64,000 nucleotides of DNA from an uncultured Clostridia bacterium (GTDB lineage: Bacteria > Bacillota > Clostridia > TANB77 > CAG-508). Location: NCBI GenBank assembly GCA_948739805.1, contig CAPYID010000004.1, forward strand, positions 1,658 to 65,657, read 5' to 3'. The notes beneath the pieces were generated by a model, which worked only from the letters and a program-made list of their open reading frames with translations, was not told the origin of the DNA and did no database searches. Numbering within the stretch: the first letter of the stretch is position 1; the number at the start of each line of letters is the position of its first letter. Shown here piece by piece: positions 20,798 to 31,777 of the stretch. A program made the translations under genes and the position numbers.

Positions 20798-20833
20798 ATA
20801 AAATAAAGAGGCGATGCCTCTTTATTTTATTCT
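20798..20833 (-). terminator. Bidirectional rho-independent terminator
   Basis: Stem aaagaggc-gat-gcctcttt, flanked by an A-tract on one side and a T-tract on the other. Confidence 0.5.
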
Positions 20834-21468
20834 TCTGGTGTTCCTTCATCAATAATTCCTTTTATTGTTTCATATTGCTCTTTTACATTTTCAACACAGT
20901 GTATGTATATTCCATTTTTTCCTTGCATGTTGTTGTGTCTTCTAGTATTAGGATAACCTCCACTAGATGCATTTGTAAATATTTTTATTGTTCCTATATT
21001 AAATAATCTTTCAAATATGTTTTGATTCATTGTTACTTCTCTAACATATTTATATTTTAGTTCTTTTTCTTCTTTGTTTAAAAAACCATCTTTGTATTCT
21101 ACTTTTGTAGCATAAAAGTTATATTCTAAGTCGTCATATTGCATTTTTTCAAATGCTAGTTTTATGATGATATATAATGCCATAGCACCGATTGTTATTA
21201 AAAGTGTTATAGGATATATAGCCCATAATTCATATAAATCTGTAACCCAAAAGCATATTAATATCATATATAATATTGCTCTTCCAATAAAAGTTAACAT
21301 TTTGTATGGTATGTTAAATTTGGGTTTTACTTGAAATTTTATTTTGTTGTCCTCTTCAATTTTTTCTTTTGTTTCCTGTGCTCCTGCTCTTTCTGTTCCA
21401 CATTTAGGACAAAATTTAGCTGTATCACTTATTTCTGCTCCACAATTTTTACAAAACATAATTGCCAC
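20827..21468 (-). CDS. Zinc-ribbon / two-TM / bacterial PH (bPH_2, YdbT-like) domain membrane protein
   Basis: 213 aa. N-terminal CKNCGx11CPKCG, two hydrophobic helices, and a C-terminal YdbS/YdbT-like PH domain. Confidence 0.6.
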   Translation of the reverse strand: MAIMFCKNCGAEISDTAKFCPKCGTERAGAQETKEKIEEDNKIKFQVKPKFNIPYKMLTFIGRAILYMILICFWVTDLYELWAIYPITLLITIGAMALYIIIKLAFEKMQYDDLEYNFYATKVEYKDGFLNKEEKELKYKYVREVTMNQNIFERLFNIGTIKIFTNASSGGYPNTRRHNNMQGKNGIYIHCVENVKEQYETIKGIIDEGTPEE

Positions 21469-21473
21469 TCCTT

Positions 21474-22100
21474 TTATACATTAGTTATTTCTTTTACTTT
21501 TTTATAGATTTCTTGTACATTTTCTATATTTTTTATAAAAATGCCATTTCCAAAACCTGTTTCCGCATTAGTAAATAAGACTATATTTCCAATATTAAAG
21601 TATCTTTGGATAAATGTTTGACGCATTGTTATTTCTCTTATATATTTGTATTTTACCTCTTTTTCTGAAACATTTAAAAAGCTGTCTTTGTAAATTACTT
21701 TCGTTTTATAAAAATCATATGTATAATTTTTGTATTGCTTTTTATTAACTAATACTTGTATTCCCCAAATACTTCCAAATATTATAATTGTTATAAATGT
21801 AATTACCATACCTACTATAAAGTCTACACTTCCGAATATAAGTAATGTGATTGCAATTATAAAAATGTAAATTAATAATGATGGTAATGCCATGTATCCA
21901 AATTTGTAAGTTGGTTTTACTTGTAATTGTATTTCATTATCTACTATTTTTTTTGCTTCTTCTTTTGGTGTTTCTTTTGATTCTGAAATACGTGTACCAC
22001 AATTAGTACAGAATTCTGCTGTGTCTAGTAACTTTGTACCACATTTTTCGCAAAACATTTTATTTTCCTCCCCTTTATTTATATGTATTTTTGTATGCAT
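21474..22100 (-). CDS. Zinc-ribbon / two-TM / bPH-domain membrane protein, tandem paralogue
   Basis: 208 aa. CEKCGx11CTNCG and the same architecture as the neighbouring gene. Confidence 0.6.
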   Translation of the reverse strand: MHTKIHINKGEENKMFCEKCGTKLLDTAEFCTNCGTRISESKETPKEEAKKIVDNEIQLQVKPTYKFGYMALPSLLIYIFIIAITLLIFGSVDFIVGMVITFITIIIFGSIWGIQVLVNKKQYKNYTYDFYKTKVIYKDSFLNVSEKEVKYKYIREITMRQTFIQRYFNIGNIVLFTNAETGFGNGIFIKNIENVQEIYKKVKEITNV

Positions 22101-22233
22101 TTAGTATATTATATTTTGACGAATTTTGCAATACATTTTTACCTATTTTCTTGGCACAGGTGTAAAGTTTTCATATAGGGTACTCCTAAATATATTATTC
22201 ATTATTAACTATTCACTATTAGTTATTCATTAA

Positions 22234-22269
22234 GAGCTAAGGGACACGGTACCCCGTGCCCCTTAGCTC
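22234..22269 (-). terminator. GC-rich hairpin downstream of groEL, a candidate groESL terminator or 3' stabiliser
   Basis: Imperfect palindrome gagctaagggacacggta/ccccgtgccccttagctc. It is followed by a weak U-tract on the minus strand. Confidence 0.4.
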
Positions 22270-22306
22270 TCTTCCCAATTCTCATATGTTACTGCTCACT
22301 CCTCAA

Positions 22307-24023
<1,717 letters not shown>

Positions 24024-24040
24024 TAAGTAAATTGCTTGAA

Positions 24041-24070
24041 TGGCGGGCGATTGATAATCGCCCCTACATA
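24041..24070 (+). repeat. REP-like element, type 1, copy b (gcgggcgattgataatcgcccctacat)
   Basis: Perfect stem ggcgatt/aatcgcc plus CCCCTACAT. It lies in the groES-groEL spacer. Confidence 0.7.
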
Positions 24071-24090
24071 TATTTTTCTAATCTTATAAT

Positions 24091-24372
<282 letters not shown>

Positions 24373-24460
24373 TTAAAATTCCTCCTTTTTTATGTACCTT
24401 TTATTATATGATACAATTTTATATTTGATAATTTGGCACTCATATTTATTGACTGCTAGT

Positions 24461-24489
24461 ATAATATAACAAAAATTAGCACTTGTCAA
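24461..24489 (-). promoter_or_regulatory. Candidate sigma-A promoter of groESL, overlapping CIRCE
   Basis: Minus strand: -35 TTGACA (24489..24484), a 17-nt spacer, and -10 TATTAT (24466..24461). Confidence 0.5.
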
Positions 24490-24502
24490 TATAAAGTGCT
24501 AA
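24476..24502 (-). promoter_or_regulatory. CIRCE operator (HrcA binding site) upstream of groES
   Basis: TTAGCACTT-N9-AAGTGCTAA, compared with the consensus TTAGCACTC-N9-GAGTGCTAA. Confidence 0.75.
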
Positions 24503-24553
24503 TTTTTTTATAATTTATTTTGTTTTGTATTCCTAGACCATTACCATAACATA

Positions 24554-26530
24554 TTATCTTCCTCCTGTATCTTTTGCTGTTGCTGGTATTGAACTTTTAT
24601 GTCGGTATTCCTGTTTTTCTTCTATGTCTTCCCATGGTCTGTGCCCATTTTGCTTTTCTAAGTCTTTTTGATAACATTCAAACCTTTGCTCAAATTCCTT
24701 TTCTGGTAATCCTACAAATTTATTTGTTTCTTTGTCTGCAAAGTAAAACTTCTTGCCCACCTCTGGTAAATCTGCATATACATATAATACAGGTTCTTTA
24801 TTTTCATCATCTCTTTCATACACTCTATTTACTACACATCTATTGAAGTTTATATTACTTAATATTCCTCGTAATATACTTGCTGTTTCATTTTGGCATA
24901 TAGCAAATCCTGGGTAATATCCAGCAAGCAACATTAATTGTATTTCTACTGTTTTCTCTGCTGGAAATCCAGAAGCATCTATCATATTAGATATACTCAT
25001 AAACTTTTGTATTGGAAAATTCCCCTTTTCATCTGTCGCTCCTATACTTTTAAATATTTCTCTTACATTTCTTTTATCTAAACTTAAAGTAACACCATTT
25101 TCATTAATCTTGTGTGCTTCTGTATCTATCCCTTTTGATTCTATTTTATCATATTTTCTTATTTCTTCATAACTGTTGCAAAAGTTTTCAGGCAATCCAC
25201 CATATCTGTTAATTGATAAATTCCAAGTAGAATCTAAATATGTGTCTCCTTTAACTACTTCTCCATCTTTTTGAGGAAGTTCTATATTCTTAAGTTTTAA
25301 AAAAACATGCGTTCTATTTTTGATAACTTCAGCCTCAATTCCAATTTTGCTTAGAATGTATTTTTCAAGTTCTGATATTCCCCAACATACTCCTGTTTTT
25401 TTATTTGCTACTTTCCACATATTTTGCACTTCTTTGCTATTATATATTTCTGTATCCAGATATGGACAATAAGTTATGTTTTTACCCAATACATAATCTA
25501 CATATGCTACTCCTTGGATATTTGTCCACTCTGGATTTATTCCTTGCAATACCCAGTCAATCCACTTTTCAGCCTCTTTATATTCTTCTAGTGTAACAGT
25601 TGAAGCTCCTATATCATCTGATATTCCTATATTTGGACAAATTTCTGCTAATTCTTGAATTTTAACTCTTTCTTCATCTTTTAATTCTATTGGATTTACA
25701 TAAATTAGTTCGTCTAAGTCTTTATATATTTCTAAATCTTTGCTAAAATCAACTACAATTTTTCCATATTTAGCTCCTATCTCATGACTTAGTTTTAGTT
25801 TATATTCTGTTTCTTCTTGCGGAAAAATAGATTTGTCAAGTTTTTCTTTCTGTTTATCATCTAAAATAGTTAATATTCTCTTCTTTTCTTTATCAGTTAT
25901 GCCTCTTTTTACAAGCTCTGATACAATTTCTAATTGCACATCTTCGTTTGCTTCCATTATAATATCATAAATTGTTATACCTTTTTCATATAAAATTTTT
26001 CTGTATTCTATAAAAGTGTTTACTAATAAATCTACCTTTATACTACTAAGAATCTCTTTTATTGCTACTTTACTAAATTTACATTTTTCTTTAATTATAA
26101 TTGATATTATAGTATCTCCAGGACATGATTCTAAAATAATTCTTGTCATTTTTCTACTAATCTTATCTAAATATAAATTAATCATTTCTAATTTTATTTC
26201 ACTAGATTTTAGGCTATCAATAATTAATGTTATTACAATGCTATCTAAGTTTAATTCTTTTTCTATAAATTCTCTATCTAATAATAACTTTTGTTTATCT
26301 TCATCTCTTAATCTTATAAACAAACCTGCTATTTTCTCTCTGTTTTGTAGAATATTGCTTTTTTTAAGAAAGTCTATATTTCTTAAAATTTTCATCTCAT
26401 CTTCATATTTTAAAGATATAAGTGCTACATAAATTTCCTCAATTTCAAGTTTTGATATAAAGTCTGGATCTTTAAGCATAATTTCTAATTTTGTAGCACT
26501 ATCTGATTTCCAAAAATATTGTATATCCAT
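24554..26530 (-). CDS. Large cytoplasmic hypothetical protein with a C-terminal transglutaminase-like (Cys-His-Asp) core
   Basis: 658 aa with no signal peptide. The region GVCWGISE...RTHVFLKL...GDTYLDSTWN fits a transglutaminase-like cysteine-protease core. Good RBS GAGAGGA. Confidence 0.5.
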   Translation of the reverse strand: MDIQYFWKSDSATKLEIMLKDPDFISKLEIEEIYVALISLKYEDEMKILRNIDFLKKSNILQNREKIAGLFIRLRDEDKQKLLLDREFIEKELNLDSIVITLIIDSLKSSEIKLEMINLYLDKISRKMTRIILESCPGDTIISIIIKEKCKFSKVAIKEILSSIKVDLLVNTFIEYRKILYEKGITIYDIIMEANEDVQLEIVSELVKRGITDKEKKRILTILDDKQKEKLDKSIFPQEETEYKLKLSHEIGAKYGKIVVDFSKDLEIYKDLDELIYVNPIELKDEERVKIQELAEICPNIGISDDIGASTVTLEEYKEAEKWIDWVLQGINPEWTNIQGVAYVDYVLGKNITYCPYLDTEIYNSKEVQNMWKVANKKTGVCWGISELEKYILSKIGIEAEVIKNRTHVFLKLKNIELPQKDGEVVKGDTYLDSTWNLSINRYGGLPENFCNSYEEIRKYDKIESKGIDTEAHKINENGVTLSLDKRNVREIFKSIGATDEKGNFPIQKFMSISNMIDASGFPAEKTVEIQLMLLAGYYPGFAICQNETASILRGILSNINFNRCVVNRVYERDDENKEPVLYVYADLPEVGKKFYFADKETNKFVGLPEKEFEQRFECYQKDLEKQNGHRPWEDIEEKQEYRHKSSIPATAKDTGGR

Positions 26531-26572
26531 TTTTTCCTCTCTAGTTTATAATTGTGGTTTATTTCAATTTTT

Positions 26573-26794
26573 TTAATAATTTATTTTGTTTTGTATTCCT
26601 AGCCCATCACCATAACATATCATTGTTTCTACTTCTTTCTTCTTTGGCTTTGGTATATCTACTTTTAATGATTTGGTGAATTCTAATTTTTCTTTGCCTG
26701 TGTGTGTTTCAATAGGTGCTTGTATCATTTTATTATCACTTTTTTTGTTAAATACATTTTTCATAATTTCAAATATTTTTTTTATAAAGCTCAT
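26573..26794 (-). CDS. Small hypothetical protein (73 aa). Its last ~25 codons are homologous at the DNA level to the 3' end of the 658-aa gene.
   Basis: ORF ending ...ETMICYGDGLGIQNKINY. It lies 42 nt upstream of the 658-aa gene and is probably co-transcribed with it. Confidence 0.35.
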   Translation of the reverse strand: MSFIKKIFEIMKNVFNKKSDNKMIQAPIETHTGKEKLEFTKSLKVDIPKPKKKEVETMICYGDGLGIQNKINY

Positions 26795-26847
26795 ATTATC
26801 TTCCTCCTATGTTTTTTACGTCTAACCTCTAAGCTCTACTTTCTGGT

Positions 26848-28281
26848 TTAGTATTGCCTACCCCATACTACCATAATACTAGCATTGTCGCCACAGCATA
26901 CACATTTGTTTCCTAGTTTTTCTTGCTTAAATGGTATACATCTTGAGTGTGCTCCTGTTAGTTCTTTGATTTTGTTTTCGCATTCTTCTTTTCCACACCA
27001 CATTGTTTTTATGTATCCCTGCTTTTCTTCTATGTTTTTTACAAATTCATCTAAGTTCTCTGCTGTTGTCGTTCTTTCTTCTCTTATTTTTTTACATTCC
27101 TCATACATATTTTTTTGTATGTCTTCTAATGTTTCTTTTATTTTTTCACTTAGCTTTTCTAAGTCTACTGTTTCTTTTTCCAATGTGTCTCTTCTAACTA
27201 TAACACATACATTATTTTCTATGTCTCTTGGTCCTAGTTCTATTCTTATTGGCACTCCTCTTAGTTCCCAGTCATTAAATTTATATCCTGGTGTATAGTT
27301 TTCCCTTAAGTCTATTTCTGCTCTGAATTCTTGTTTTAATTTTTCATAAACTTCTGTTGTTTTTTCTACTACTCCTTCTTTTTTCATCATTACTGGTACT
27401 ACTACTACTTGTATTGGTGCAACTTTTGGTGGAAGCTTTAACCCACGGTTATCTCCATGCGCCATAATTGTAGCTCCTATTAATCTTGTACTTATTCCCC
27501 ATGATGTTTGATATGGATATTCGTCTTTTCCTTCTCTGTTTTGGAATTTTACATCATATGGTTTTGTAAAGTTTTGTCCAAAGTAATGTGATGTTCCTGC
27601 TTGAATGGCTCTTCCATCATGCATTAATGTTTCTACTGTGTATGTAGCTTCTGCTCCTGCAAATTTTTCTTTTTCTGTCTTTTTTCCTTTTAATACTGGT
27701 ATTGCAAGTATATTTTCTATTACTTCTGCATATATGTCTAACATTTGTAATGTTCTTTCTTCTGCTTCTTCTTTTGTTTCATGTATTGTATGTCCTTCTT
27801 GCCATAAGAATTCCCTAGAACGCAAGAATGGTCTTGTTTCTTTTTCCCATCTTAATACATTACACCATTGGTTATATACAAATGGCAAGTCTCTCCAAGA
27901 TTTTAACCATTTTGAGTATAAGTCGCAAAACATTGTTTCAGATGTTGGTCTTATGCACAATTTTTCGTCTAATTCTTTTCCTCCAGCTTCTGTAACTGTT
28001 GCTACTTCTGGTGCAAATCCTTCAACATGTTCTTTTTCTTTTTGTAATAATTTTTCTGGAATTAACACAGGAAAATATACATTTTTTACTCCATTTTTTT
28101 TGAACATTTCATCTGTGTATTTTTGTATATTTTCCCAAATTGCATATCCATATGGTTTGATTGCTATACATCCTTTTGTTCCTGTATAATCTGCTAAGTC
28201 TGCTTTTAATACTATGTCTGTATACCATTTTGCAAAGTCTTCTTCAATATTTGTTACCTCTTTTACAAATTCTTTATCCAT
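26848..28281 (-). CDS. proS: Prolyl-tRNA synthetase (archaeal/eukaryotic-like type, with a C-terminal zinc-binding domain)
   Basis: 477 aa class II aaRS. N-terminal YTDIVLKADLADYTGTKGCIAIKPYGYAIWENIQ and a C-terminal CxxC...CVCCG. Confidence 0.9.
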   Translation of the reverse strand: MDKEFVKEVTNIEEDFAKWYTDIVLKADLADYTGTKGCIAIKPYGYAIWENIQKYTDEMFKKNGVKNVYFPVLIPEKLLQKEKEHVEGFAPEVATVTEAGGKELDEKLCIRPTSETMFCDLYSKWLKSWRDLPFVYNQWCNVLRWEKETRPFLRSREFLWQEGHTIHETKEEAEERTLQMLDIYAEVIENILAIPVLKGKKTEKEKFAGAEATYTVETLMHDGRAIQAGTSHYFGQNFTKPYDVKFQNREGKDEYPYQTSWGISTRLIGATIMAHGDNRGLKLPPKVAPIQVVVVPVMMKKEGVVEKTTEVYEKLKQEFRAEIDLRENYTPGYKFNDWELRGVPIRIELGPRDIENNVCVIVRRDTLEKETVDLEKLSEKIKETLEDIQKNMYEECKKIREERTTTAENLDEFVKNIEEKQGYIKTMWCGKEECENKIKELTGAHSRCIPFKQEKLGNKCVCCGDNASIMVVWGRQY

Positions 28282-28326
28282 GTTTATTCTTCTCCTTTTA
28301 CATTATTTTTAAGAAATTTCTTCGAA

Positions 28327-28356
28327 GTGCGGGCGATTAATAATCGCCCCTGCACT
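28327..28356 (+). repeat. REP-like element, type 1, copy c (gtgcgggcgattaataatcgcccctgcac)
   Basis: Variant flank CCCCTGCAC. It lies between proS and scpB. Confidence 0.65.
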
Positions 28357-28366
28357 ATATTTTATA

Positions 28367-28951
28367 TTATTCGACATTACCTGCTTTCTCACTATTTTGG
28401 ATAATATCGTCTATTACGATTTGTTGGTTTTCGTCAATTTTGTATTTCGGCAGTTCTGGTAATTCGTCTAAACTTCTATATCCAAACATTCTTAAAAATT
28501 CATCTGTTGTTTTGTATGACATTGGTTTACCTAAAATTTCAACTTTTCCTGCTTCTTCAATCAAATTATATTCTAATAGTTTATATATCATTGCATCTGA
28601 TGATACACCTCTTATTGTTTCTATTTCTGCTCTTGTTATTTTAGGATTATATGCTATTATAGCTAAGACTTCTAGTGCTGCTTGCGAAAGTTTGGGCTTA
28701 ATTCTTTTATCAATTATAGGATTAATGTATTCATAATATTCTTTTTTAGTACACATTTGATATCCATCATTCACTCTAATAATTTCTATCCCTCTTGATA
28801 TGTCTTTATATTCTTTGTTCATATCATTAATTAGTTCTATTATATCTTTTTCATTAATTTCTACAACTAGTTCCAATTCTTTTATTTTTACAACTCTTCC
28901 TGCACAAAATAATATAGCTTCTATTATTCCTCTTATTTTGTCTATTTCCAT
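28367..28951 (-). CDS. scpB: Segregation and condensation protein B
   Basis: 194 aa. IEAILFCAGRVVKIKEL... tandem winged-helix ScpB pattern. Confidence 0.85.
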   Translation of the reverse strand: MEIDKIRGIIEAILFCAGRVVKIKELELVVEINEKDIIELINDMNKEYKDISRGIEIIRVNDGYQMCTKKEYYEYINPIIDKRIKPKLSQAALEVLAIIAYNPKITRAEIETIRGVSSDAMIYKLLEYNLIEEAGKVEILGKPMSYKTTDEFLRMFGYRSLDELPELPKYKIDENQQIVIDDIIQNSEKAGNVE

Positions 28952-29004
28952 ATTGGTTATGGTTTCCTTCCTTTATTATTAACTCTTGCCTTCTTAATGT
29001 GTAC

Positions 29005-29037
29005 AATTAACAATCGCCCCTACATTTTCTAATGTAG
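29005..29037 (+). repeat. REP-like element, truncated type 1, copy d (attaacaatcgcccctacattttctaatgtag)
   Basis: Half-stem plus CCCCTACAT, followed by the inverted partner aatgtag. It lies between scpB and the 151-aa gene. Confidence 0.55.
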
Positions 29038-29066
29038 CTTCTATGAATAGCAAAAATCGAATTTTT

Positions 29067-29522
29067 CTATTTTCTAAAAAGGTTTCTGATTTTTCCCCAT
29101 AAACTTTCCTTTTTTCTTACCTTTATATTTGATTTAGTAATAGTATATTTTTCAATTTCATTTATAATATACGCATTTCTATATCCTATTTTATCTTGTT
29201 CTTTTAATTCTGTAATTAATATATGTATATCTCCATTTAATTGCTCTAGTCTTTCTTTGTAACAGAAATTTTCACTATATGGGTTATATTTTCCTTCTAA
29301 TACTTTATTATTATCTATTTCATTATTATTTACTATTTCTTCTGTTTCAATTGCTGTTGATTGTGCAGTAGCTTCTGCCTTTTCTATCATACTTATTAAA
29401 CTTTTTATTTTCGCACTATATGATTTTGTTTTTACTTCATTTTTCACTGAAAAGCCTTTTTCAGTAAATGCATCTATTTTTTTGCATATCTTTTCTACTT
29501 TCTCGTATATTTCATTACTCAT
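29067..29522 (-). CDS. Hypothetical coiled-coil protein occupying the position where scpA usually lies
   Basis: 151 aa, charged and helical, with no ScpA similarity. Confidence 0.45.
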   Translation of the reverse strand: MSNEIYEKVEKICKKIDAFTEKGFSVKNEVKTKSYSAKIKSLISMIEKAEATAQSTAIETEEIVNNNEIDNNKVLEGKYNPYSENFCYKERLEQLNGDIHILITELKEQDKIGYRNAYIINEIEKYTITKSNIKVRKKESLWGKIRNLFRK

Positions 29523-29631
29523 CCCTAGTTCTCCATTTCATTATTTTAATATTTTAGGAAAGTTATCATGGTATGATAACTTTCTATAGAAGATAATTAT
29601 GCAAATTATTGAATTTGTTTTTTTATAATAT

Positions 29632-29763
29632 TTAATTCCCTAGTTTTGCTAATGTTTCTTGTAATATTTTTTTGCACTTTTTTAATGTTTTTTTATCTGT
29701 TTGTTTTAATTCCTCTTCTGTAAATTTTATATTATAGTCTTCAAATATAATTTCTTCCTCCAT
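29632..29763 (-). CDS. Possible small protein (43 aa)
   Basis: MEEEIIFEDYNIKFTEEELKQTDKKTLKKCKKILQETLAKLGN. RBS GGAAAGG sits 7 nt upstream. It is below the ORF-track size cut-off. Confidence 0.25.
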   Translation of the reverse strand: MEEEIIFEDYNIKFTEEELKQTDKKTLKKCKKILQETLAKLGN

Positions 29764-29903
29764 ATCTATAACCTTTCCTTTCCAGTTGCAGTCTTCATTT
29801 CACTTTATACTTTGCTTTATAAATAATACTATAACTTTTATTTTTTCAATACTTTATACCAGGAAAAGACACATCTCTGTGTCTTTTCCTTAATTTATAT
29901 TTT

Positions 29904-30317
29904 TTACATATTATATTCTTTTACTTTTTTGAATGCATATATTCCAGCGATTGTACATATTACCATTAATCCTATAATTATATTTTCATTTGTTCCTGTC
30001 TTAGGTAATGATTTGTTTGTATTTGTTGCTGTATTATTAGATAGACTATTTATTGGTGCTGTTATTGGTGTCGAATTTGTTGCTGTATTTGTTGGTGTTG
30101 CTGTGTTTCCCGCTGTATTTAATAAATCTGTTGGAGTATTGTTTGATTGTTGCAAATTACTTGTTTCATTTCCTTCTCCTAGTATTTCACCTATGCTCAT
30201 AGCTCCAACTCTACATGACTGAATTACTATTAAACTTAAAACTAATAATAAAATGAAAATCTTTACTACCTTATTTCTACTCATACCTTTTTCTCCTTTT
30301 CTTTTATTATATAACAC
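29904..30317 (-). CDS. Small LPXTG cell-wall-anchored surface protein
   Basis: 137 aa. Signal peptide, Thr/Asn-rich region, LPKTG, a hydrophobic stretch, then a basic tail. Confidence 0.7.
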   Translation of the reverse strand: MLYNKRKGEKGMSRNKVVKIFILLLVLSLIVIQSCRVGAMSIGEILGEGNETSNLQQSNNTPTDLLNTAGNTATPTNTATNSTPITAPINSLSNNTATNTNKSLPKTGTNENIIIGLMVICTIAGIYAFKKVKEYNM

Positions 30318-30391
30318 TTAATATTAGTTATACTATATTTTTATTTTTTTTGCAATAGTTTTTTTTGACTTTTTTAGTTTTTTTTTACATT

Positions 30392-31714
30392 TTAAAAATG
30401 TCTACCTGTTTTTGCAGTTTCTATTGCAATATTTTGATTCTTCGCTTTTATTCCTCTATCTTCTATATCATCTTCTATTAATAAATCTTCATCTGTTGTT
30501 TCCTCCAACTCTCTACTAAGCATATATGAAAGGATTATATATCTTATTGCAATTATTCCTAATGAGCAAATCATTAATATAGATAAAATTTCTTTTAAAT
30601 TACCAGCTATAATATTATTATTCCCATTATCTTTTTTATTATCACTATCATCTGTCATTCCAACTATTTCTTGTTGTTCTGTTTCATTTTTTAAATCTAT
30701 AATATATACAGAACTTTCTTCTCCTAATGTTACTGTAATTTTTATTACATTGTCTCCTTCTTTTAATTCTGTTGCTCCTTCAATGTCTATTTTTGCATCT
30801 GCTATATTGGCTGTTGCATCAATTTCCAATTGTTTCATGTTTTTCACATTTGTTGTATAAGAGTAAATTTCTGGATTAAATTCAGGATTTAGCTCTACAT
30901 CTTTTATTATTAATGTTGTTAATTTTGGTTTTGTCTCTTGTGTTATTGGTACATCTGGTATTTGTGCTTGGTCATCTATTACATTTGGCACTGTAGCATC
31001 ATCTGCTAATCTTATTATATTTACATTATATGTTTTTTTTGTTCCATTTTCAGCAGTTACATTTATTTGAAATTTATTTGTTTGTCCTGCTACTAATGAT
31101 TTGGTTCCTGTTCCACTTACAGTTGCTTTACTATGATTTTTGGTAGCACTTATTTTTATTGAATTTACTGATGATTCTGCTGTATAACTTATTGTGTTTT
31201 TTAATGATGAGCCTGAATATGTTTTTCCACCTACTGTTATTGATTTTAGTGTTGCATCACCTGATTTTGTAGTGTTTGGTTGGCTGGGCGTTGTTGGATT
31301 TGTTGGTGCTGTTGGGTTTGATGGTTGATTTGGTGCTGGTGTGTTGTTTGCACTTACTGTTATTATTACCGATTTTGGCGATGTTATTAAATTTAAGTCT
31401 GTGTCTGACACACTTACTGGCGTAACTGTTATTGTTGCTGTTCCTGCTGCTTTTGCTGTTAAAGTTATATTTTCACTACTTGATACCCATAATGACGATG
31501 TTCCTACTGCTACTACTCCTGGATTTGATGATGTTACATTAAATTTTCCTTCCGCATTTGTTGTTTTTATAGTTAATGTTGCTGTTTTACCAGGTGTTAA
31601 TGATTTTGATGATGCCGATACAGTGTAACTTCCAGCTGCGTAAACTATAGAGTGTAGTGAAATTAAAAATATTGTAATAGTTATTAAAATCAATATTTTT
31701 TTCCCTGTTTTCAT
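30392..31714 (-). CDS. Surface protein with Ig-like and cadherin-like beta-sandwich domains and a C-terminal TM anchor
   Basis: 440 aa. Signal peptide, a Big-like domain, a cadherin-like domain (LKSITVGG...YTAES...ATVSG...NVNIIR), and a TM segment near the C-terminus. Confidence 0.6.
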   Translation of the reverse strand: MKTGKKILILITITIFLISLHSIVYAAGSYTVSASSKSLTPGKTATLTIKTTNAEGKFNVTSSNPGVVAVGTSSLWVSSSENITLTAKAAGTATITVTPVSVSDTDLNLITSPKSVIITVSANNTPAPNQPSNPTAPTNPTTPSQPNTTKSGDATLKSITVGGKTYSGSSLKNTISYTAESSVNSIKISATKNHSKATVSGTGTKSLVAGQTNKFQINVTAENGTKKTYNVNIIRLADDATVPNVIDDQAQIPDVPITQETKPKLTTLIIKDVELNPEFNPEIYSYTTNVKNMKQLEIDATANIADAKIDIEGATELKEGDNVIKITVTLGEESSVYIIDLKNETEQQEIVGMTDDSDNKKDNGNNNIIAGNLKEILSILMICSLGIIAIRYIILSYMLSRELEETTDEDLLIEDDIEDRGIKAKNQNIAIETAKTGRHF

Positions 31715-31777
31715 TTTTTATATCCTTCCTTTCTTTAAGGTATAAACCTTTTTTACTTTTGTTTATTTTAAATTTAA

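Noticed and set aside
24466-24510. A perfect hairpin flanked by A and T tracts, first read as a bidirectional terminator for the 658-aa gene
   Set aside because: The sequence TTAGCACTT-N9-AAGTGCTAA is a near-consensus CIRCE (HrcA operator) directly upstream of groES, overlapping a good -35/-10 pair. I call it CIRCE, although it may also act as a terminator.
28282-28366. A T-box riboswitch upstream of proS
   Set aside because: The spacer is only ~85 nt and is occupied by a REP-like hairpin. It is too short for a T-box and has no specifier or T-box motif.
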